From a bacterium (lineage in GTDB: Bacteria > Zhuqueibacterota > Zhuqueibacteria > Residuimicrobiales > Krinioviventaceae), in assembly GCA_963693055.1 (NCBI GenBank), contig OY843751.1:2210248-2274247 (forward strand): a DNA stretch of 64,000 nt, written 5' to 3'. The number at the start of each line of letters is the position of its first letter. Position 1 is the first letter of the stretch. The notes beneath the pieces were generated by a model. It did not search any database and was not told the DNA's origin. It worked only from the letters and a program-made list of their open reading frames with translations. Positions 58,096-64,000 of the stretch are shown here, piece by piece. Made by a program: the position numbers and the translations under genes.

Positions 58096-60645
58096 ATGAA
58101 GAATTTATTTAAAATTATCTTTCTTTTATTAATATTTAATGCTCTTGGATATTCAATAATGTTGAATAAAACATATTACTGTTTTGATGCAGGAGGAGAT
58201 AATTCTAAAATAATTGATGGGGCAATTCAACTTGACGTTACGGATTCTTTTTCGGATGATATCGGATATGGTTGGACTGTATCCCCAAACAAGTCATTTG
58301 AAAGAGAAAAATTATCTAACAGTCGTGATGCATTTGATATTGATGGTGTTATTGCCAAAAACATTGGATTCAAATCCAACTTGCCCAATGGACGCTGGTG
58401 GATTTCACTTTTTATGGAATCCGGATTGGAAGATTCCGCAACAACAAAGATTATACTAAATGGAGATTTGCAAAATCCGGAATGGCAAAGTTTTAGACCG
58501 AATGCAGAAGGTAGAATTAATTGGGCGGATGATTACCGTGTTTTTCACACCCCGGTCCATGTCGAAAATCAGGAACTGTTGTTGGAAGTGTTGGGTGTAC
58601 AGGATTCGGTCAGGATTATTGGGATCAAGTTATATCGGGATCCTCAACCCGTTTCTGAAACAGATAAACGATTTTTAACTCAAATAAAGGCTGTTGGAAA
58701 ATTTGCTAGTGCAATTCCATTGGATAGTCTCAATGCGGGACTACCGGAATTAATAGATAAATTAAAACAGGTAATTGATAAAGATCCAGAGAATGCATTT
58801 TTCAATTACTGGTATGATCAGTTATCCTTGTTGTATAAAGCTGAAAATTATATAAAGATGATGGGGTGGGAGTGGGAAACAGATAGAACCGGATTAAATA
58901 TTTTTGACAGATATACAGCAGCAGTAATGCTTCTTGATGGTTTGTTGAACCAGCCAGACCCGGAAAATAATCCATTATATGAGCGGGCACTCTGGCAGCG
59001 TAGCCGGGTGTTGTTTTGGCTGGATATGGAACGCCATGGCAAATATGAACGACAAACTGCACTCAGGGATTTATCTATTTTATTTATCAAGTATCCTGAT
59101 AATAAATTGCTAGCCATGTACAACGGGAACAAGATAGAAACCGATATCTGTCATTTAAAAACAAGCCCCAATGCACCCAAATGGTCTGTTGCACAGCTAC
59201 AGGTACTATGTCATTTAAGGTCTATTGTGCATTGGTGGGTTATGGAAAGACAGGCAGATAATGGCGAGTTTGGTGGTAAATTGGGAGACGATGTTGAATT
59301 ACTGCGTGCATTTCCACCTCTGGTATTGTCTGGTGATACTTTGGCATTCAAAGGTTGGCAAAAGCTGGCAGACCGGGTTTGGAACAGTGAGCAGATATTC
59401 AAGGGATATGCACGTATTGCCAGTGATGTTGAACACGCATCTGAACTGGTTTCTGATGTAGCGCCTGAAATGGTAATGTATACTGATGATCCGGAATATG
59501 CAAAAAGACTTGAATGGTCTGCGAATTATTTCAGGGATTTATGGACTGGGAAAACCAAATCCGGATTGCGTTATTTCAAGTCATCCTGGTTCAGTTCAAC
59601 ATCAGTTAGAACTGATCCGCCTCGGGACCGTGATGTTGAAATGAATTCACGAGCTGTTAAAGCTGTTCGATATTTGGCATGGAAATCCAGAGATCCAATA
59701 GTTATTGAAACGCTTCATGAATGGTCTTTAGCCTGGGTAAAAGCCGCGCTGAGAACGGATAAAGGAAAGCCGGCGGGTATAATTCCCGCATCAATTCGAT
59801 TTGTGGACGAATCAATAAATGGTGATGGCCCCAATTGGTACAATGCAGATATGTATTGGGATTATTATAACTGGAGTCATAATGCCGGTTCAATGATTCT
59901 TGACCAATTGTTATTTACATATACCTTGACACATGATGAAAAACTTTTAGAACCTTTGATAAAAACATTGACGTTGATTCAAAACTCAAATGCATCAAGC
60001 TCAGAGTTGATTGATGTTGAGCCAGGTTCTGAAATGTGGACTGTAAAAATATTAATTTCAAAATCCGGTTTTTGGAATGTAGTAGAGCAATGGAGACTGT
60101 ATACCGGTGATCAGCGTTTTGATGATTTAATACTCAAATATGGTACACCTTATATTCGGTACCGCTTAGCAGGAGATGAATCATATCTTGTAGATGGGCT
60201 TGAAAATAATTTAGAGAAAATTAAATATAATTTTCCACTTTTGACCCGTGAAGTATTACATACAGACCGGGTATATCTTAGGGGCGGTTCTGCCAATTTG
60301 GGCACTTTTCATTTAAATGCAATGCTTACTGGTAGTGGATTACAAACGTCTCCATATAATGCAATTAGCTGGGAAAATACAAATCCCATGTTTACTGCTT
60401 TGATAAAAGATTCCGGAGAAAATAAACTGAGTGTAGATGTTTTTAATCATTCTAAAAATAAAACAAATGTAACCCTTCGGCTTTGGCAATTTAAACCCGG
60501 AAAATATAATGTGTATTCTGTTATAGATGGCAACAAACATGATGAATCTATTATGAACTTGAAAAAAACAGGTGATCGTATTTTACTTGAATTACCGGGC
60601 GAAAAGTTGATTAATTATGTTTTTTATTCTGTTGATCCAAAATAA
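58096..60645 (+). CDS. large secreted hypothetical protein, probable carbohydrate-active (beta-sandwich + alpha-helical toroid) enzyme
   Basis: SP; 849 aa; context between GH28 and PL22. Confidence 0.4.
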   Translation: MKNLFKIIFLLLIFNALGYSIMLNKTYYCFDAGGDNSKIIDGAIQLDVTDSFSDDIGYGWTVSPNKSFEREKLSNSRDAFDIDGVIAKNIGFKSNLPNGRWWISLFMESGLEDSATTKIILNGDLQNPEWQSFRPNAEGRINWADDYRVFHTPVHVENQELLLEVLGVQDSVRIIGIKLYRDPQPVSETDKRFLTQIKAVGKFASAIPLDSLNAGLPELIDKLKQVIDKDPENAFFNYWYDQLSLLYKAENYIKMMGWEWETDRTGLNIFDRYTAAVMLLDGLLNQPDPENNPLYERALWQRSRVLFWLDMERHGKYERQTALRDLSILFIKYPDNKLLAMYNGNKIETDICHLKTSPNAPKWSVAQLQVLCHLRSIVHWWVMERQADNGEFGGKLGDDVELLRAFPPLVLSGDTLAFKGWQKLADRVWNSEQIFKGYARIASDVEHASELVSDVAPEMVMYTDDPEYAKRLEWSANYFRDLWTGKTKSGLRYFKSSWFSSTSVRTDPPRDRDVEMNSRAVKAVRYLAWKSRDPIVIETLHEWSLAWVKAALRTDKGKPAGIIPASIRFVDESINGDGPNWYNADMYWDYYNWSHNAGSMILDQLLFTYTLTHDEKLLEPLIKTLTLIQNSNASSSELIDVEPGSEMWTVKILISKSGFWNVVEQWRLYTGDQRFDDLILKYGTPYIRYRLAGDESYLVDGLENNLEKIKYNFPLLTREVLHTDRVYLRGGSANLGTFHLNAMLTGSGLQTSPYNAISWENTNPMFTALIKDSGENKLSVDVFNHSKNKTNVTLRLWQFKPGKYNVYSVIDGNKHDESIMNLKKTGDRILLELPGEKLINYVFYSVDPK

Positions 60646-60664
60646 TTTATGAAAGGTGTGTATA

Positions 60665-61804
60665 ATGCGAAATATAATAGTTTTGTTATTCCTGGTTATA
60701 ACTGTAATGTCTGCGGCTCAGACTGATGCTGTAATTGAATGGAAAAAAAGGCCTGATCTTGTTACAGAGCGGATTGTATGGCAGATAACCAGCCATGATT
60801 CTGCAAGTGAAGCTGTTTATTTTGAGCAACAACCCTTTACCTCTGATGATAGATATCTGGTTTTCAAGTCTAAGAGAACAGGTGACTGGTTAATTTATCG
60901 TGCGGATCTGCAAACCGGTGAAATCATGCTGGTATCGAAAGAAATAAATCCGGGTACAATTTCCATTGGTCCGGATGGACAACATGTATGGTATACAAGT
61001 GATAACAAATTGTTTAAAACAGATGTTGCCACACTGGAAGAAAAAATAGCATTTGATTTTAAAGACAGCTTTAAAGATCAGCATATAAGCTTTTCAGGGT
61101 CTCTCAGTGCAGATGGCGTTTATACGCTTGTCCGAACATCTAATGAAACATCACGATCAATATATCGTGTAAGTCTGGAAACGGGCAAGGTAGAGCATGC
61201 ATTGACAGTGAATAAATCAGAGGGTACATTTTCTCATCCTCTTATCAATCCCATGTACCCGCATTTAATCAGCTATGTGCCGGGACCAGACACGCAAAAT
61301 GATATGACACTGCCCATGGAAAAAAGGGCCAGAACCTGGATCATCAATATGAAAACCGGGGAGAACAAGCAATTTCTGACCATGCCTTATGGATTTAGAG
61401 CAACTCACGAGAAATGGTCTGCAGATGGTGAATTGTTTACATTTTTTAGAAAAACCGTACCAGGGTGGACTCCTGTAAGTATATGTTCAATTAATAAAGA
61501 TGGATCAAATTTTCAGGTATATTATTCTCATAACAATATCAGGCTTGGTCATGGTTTATCATCCGATGATGGGAAATGGTTTGTCTCAGATGGCCAGGAT
61601 CCCCATTATAATCCTATTATTTTGATAAATATGGAGACAGGACTCGCAACAACACTTTGCTGGCCCAATTCAAGTATATATGGCGGATTAGGTACAACCG
61701 GCCATGTTCATCCATCTATAAGTAAAAGTGGGCGTTTTGTTTGTTACAGCTCTGACCTTAGCGGTGTTCCGCAGGTTTATGTTGTGCCAACAGGGATTGA
61801 ATGA
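60665..61804 (+). CDS. oligogalacturonate lyase (PL22 family)
   Basis: SP; ...FTSDDRYLVFKSKRTGDWLIYRADLQTGEIMLVS... beta-propeller Ogl-like. Confidence 0.7.
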   Translation: MRNIIVLLFLVITVMSAAQTDAVIEWKKRPDLVTERIVWQITSHDSASEAVYFEQQPFTSDDRYLVFKSKRTGDWLIYRADLQTGEIMLVSKEINPGTISIGPDGQHVWYTSDNKLFKTDVATLEEKIAFDFKDSFKDQHISFSGSLSADGVYTLVRTSNETSRSIYRVSLETGKVEHALTVNKSEGTFSHPLINPMYPHLISYVPGPDTQNDMTLPMEKRARTWIINMKTGENKQFLTMPYGFRATHEKWSADGELFTFFRKTVPGWTPVSICSINKDGSNFQVYYSHNNIRLGHGLSSDDGKWFVSDGQDPHYNPIILINMETGLATTLCWPNSSIYGGLGTTGHVHPSISKSGRFVCYSSDLSGVPQVYVVPTGIE

Positions 61805-61925
61805 TTTTTTTTTTAGTATTGATTACAAGCAGTTAGAATCTACCCAGCATAATAAAAATAATATACAAGATTGGTGAGTATGTTCTAACTGCTATTTTTT
61901 TGAATTGATACGTGCTGAAATTATA

Positions 61926-63200
61926 TCAATCATGAAGTTTTACCAAGTCGATATTTGGAGAGATGGGGAATGATGCTATCAGTTTGGTGCTGAAACCAAT
62001 TCGGCTTATTGTGTTTACTTCCAAAGCCAGTTCATAATATTCAGGAATTACCCCATGTTTTTCTCTCAATTGCGCTTCAAGTTGTTTTAGAGATTCTTTT
62101 TCAGTTAATGCATTAACTGCTTCGTAAACGCCTGCCAAATCAGTACAAGTTATAATCATGATACTGTTTTTTTTGTTCGGCCCGGGTAATTTGCTAACCA
62201 TAACATAATCTTTTCGGGGGCCTGAACCTTGTATACCTTTGGGAGAAAAAGTTTGAACTGAATCAGGAGAATGATTTACAATGAGCTGATGCGGAAAGAC
62301 TTTATATTGAATATGAAGCTTGGATAATAATGGATTTAGTATACCCAGTGTTTTGGTTATGCCAATGAAAATAATGTTATAGTTTTGTAAATCAGATCCA
62401 TTCAACTCTGATGCAAGCTTCATTTCAAAATTGTCATTATAAAAGTCAAGAATGGGATATAACGAACGAAACGACCACAAGATTTCTTTTTCAATGATTG
62501 CAGGTTTATAAGGCTTGAACGAAACAAGTGATGTATCTGCCTCTATCATTGTTGAATAATTATTCAAATCATCAATAGAATTGATTCTACTGAATCTCAT
62601 GATTTTCATTCCAACGAGTTCATGAATATTGTTTGGGTTGTTATTGCTTTCAATAAAAAAGAATTGGTCACCTACTACAAATAATACAGGTTGATCATTT
62701 GTAATTGAATTATTCCAAATTGGACTTTTATGAATATATGACAACTCTCTTGAATGTCTTGGATTTGTGTAATTGTAGTAAATCCATTGCAGCAATAACA
62801 GTATACTAGGTATAATAATTAAAATATATTTTAATTTTTTAATATTGAAAAAAAATGAACCGGATTTTTTCTTAACATTATTTGTGATGAATTTTAAATT
62901 GTATCCACCTTTGGGTATCTCTATTTTAATTTCATCATCTTTGCCTTCAGACAGATAATAGGTGTAAAGTTTTTTTCTGAGGTTGTGGGTGTGAACTCTA
63001 ACAATAGAGTCTTCAGCAGGATTAAAGTAAGAGTTTTTTGAAAAGACTTCATTCGCTATTGTTGTTTCATTTAGCGGTTCTTTATTAAAAGTGTTTTTGA
63101 ATAAATATAAAAGTAGCTTTTTTTCAGTTTTACATGATTCAAATTCTTTACTATTTAGAATCTTTTCAATTTGTTTTGAATATATCTGCATGTTGTTCAT
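61926..63200 (-). CDS. ToxR/CadC-like membrane-anchored transcriptional regulator (N-terminal OmpR-type winged helix, one TM, periplasmic domain)
   Basis: ...IANEVFSKNSYFNPAEDSIVRVHTHNLRKKLYTYY... then TM LKYILIIIPSILLLLQWIYY. Confidence 0.6.
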   Translation of the reverse strand: MNNMQIYSKQIEKILNSKEFESCKTEKKLLLYLFKNTFNKEPLNETTIANEVFSKNSYFNPAEDSIVRVHTHNLRKKLYTYYLSEGKDDEIKIEIPKGGYNLKFITNNVKKKSGSFFFNIKKLKYILIIIPSILLLLQWIYYNYTNPRHSRELSYIHKSPIWNNSITNDQPVLFVVGDQFFFIESNNNPNNIHELVGMKIMRFSRINSIDDLNNYSTMIEADTSLVSFKPYKPAIIEKEILWSFRSLYPILDFYNDNFEMKLASELNGSDLQNYNIIFIGITKTLGILNPLLSKLHIQYKVFPHQLIVNHSPDSVQTFSPKGIQGSGPRKDYVMVSKLPGPNKKNSIMIITCTDLAGVYEAVNALTEKESLKQLEAQLREKHGVIPEYYELALEVNTISRIGFSTKLIASFPISPNIDLVKLHD

Positions 63201-63705
63201 AGTCTTTTTAATTCATGTATTAATTAGTTTTTACAGATGTAATCAACAAGAACGTTTTTAAAGTAATAGTATAATATTTAAAATGCAATAGTATTGTTAA
63301 GCATGTTAAAAACAAAAATTAACAGTTATTATCTGGCAATTTGGGATAAATATTAATACCATAAAAAAACATTTCTTATCAATATCTTTACTGTTTAATG
63401 GGTTTTGATATTTTATATAACATTATAAAGCTTTAAAAACATACACTTGATGCAAAGATTTTTTAGCATAATTGTTTTGTAAAAATTGTTAATTAAATTG
63501 AAAAAAATATTGTGTTTAAATATTTATGATGACTTTTTAAATCAAATATCTGCTGCTTTTCATTATTTTGATATGTTATATGATAAATTATATTTTTCAC
63601 CATGGCTCTCTAATGCCTCACCAAAGGAACTACGGTTTGCGATATAATCCATAGCAATTAATAAGGATACATTATTAATTAAAACAATACAGGTCAAAGG
63701 AAGAT

Positions 63706-64000
63706 ATGAAGCTCGGAGTTTGGGATTATATAATACTTGTAGCATACTTGATGATTGCCCTTGTTTTGGTAGGTCTTTATTTTAAACGTGCAAGCAAAGG
63801 GGTAGAAGAGTATTTTGCAGCCGGGCGTTCTTTGCCTTGGTGGCTTTTGGGCACATCTATGGTTGCCACTACCTTTAGTACCGATACGCCAAATCTTGTT
63901 GCAAATCTGGTTCGTGAAAATGGCGTGTCTGGTAATTGGGTGTGGTGGTCTTTTCTGGTTACCGGAATGCTGACCGTGTTTTTTTATGCACGACTATGGC
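63706..64000 (+). CDS. sodium:solute symporter family transporter, N-terminal part (continues beyond window)
   Basis: MKLGVWDYIILVAYLMIALVLVGLYFKRASKGVEEYFAAGRSLPWWLLGTSMVATTFSTDTPN. Confidence 0.55.
   Translation, partial: MKLGVWDYIILVAYLMIALVLVGLYFKRASKGVEEYFAAGRSLPWWLLGTSMVATTFSTDTPNLVANLVRENGVSGNWVWWSFLVTGMLTVFFYARLW

Noticed and set aside
1-64000. CRISPR arrays, rRNA, tRNA
   Set aside because: No regularly spaced short direct repeats and no rRNA-like conserved stretches were seen anywhere in the window.

Overview
This 64-kb window is AT-rich (mostly about 30-40 % GC) and appears to come from an FCB-group bacterium (Bacteroidota/Ignavibacteriota-like). Supporting evidence is the repeated T9SS C-terminal sorting domains, the TonB-dependent receptors carrying CarbopepD_reg N-terminal domains, and the clear Shine-Dalgarno sites (GGAGG) upstream of most genes. 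The window has three blocks.

(i) 1-15.9 kb: a minus-strand tandem array of at least 11 paralogous secreted 'tail-fibre-like' genes plus one 5' remnant. Each has a signal peptide, a D(D)xW..TTTT..GNVGIGT N-terminal motif, repeated NSNYISGDGDDEGI..DGDV..KLGIG modules and a conserved ~110-aa C-terminal module ending in a coiled coil. The genes sit in about six transcription units. Each unit carries a conserved leader inverted repeat (TTTATTTG-N8-11-CAAATAAA) and ends in a rho-independent terminator. Nucleotide identity between paralogs is mosaic, which indicates gene conversion and internal duplication.

(ii) 16-24 kb: a junk-yard/competition island. It contains a tyrosine-recombinase fragment, an IS3-family element (orfA/orfB with an A9 slippery site), and tandem orphan RHS C-terminal toxin cassettes. 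Each cassette has the layout junction repeat - rhs 3' homology - toxin CT - secreted immunity gene - terminator. One toxin carries an in-frame TGA just ahead of an HExxH motif.

(iii) 24-64 kb: housekeeping and accessory genes. These include a LuxR-type response regulator, an OmpA/TSP3-repeat protein, an RRM protein, an SPFH protein and SlyD. There is a GC-shifted operon (B12-radical SAM, GT4-(alpha/alpha)6 fusion, GH130) followed by a second IS3 element. The block ends with a pectin/polyuronide utilisation locus: two paralogous SusD-less TonB-dependent receptors, T9SS-secreted beta-helix and heparinase-II/III-like proteins, GH28, PL22, an unusual overlapping pair of multi-HTH paralogs, and a ToxR/CadC-like membrane regulator.

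No rRNA, tRNA or CRISPR array was recognised.
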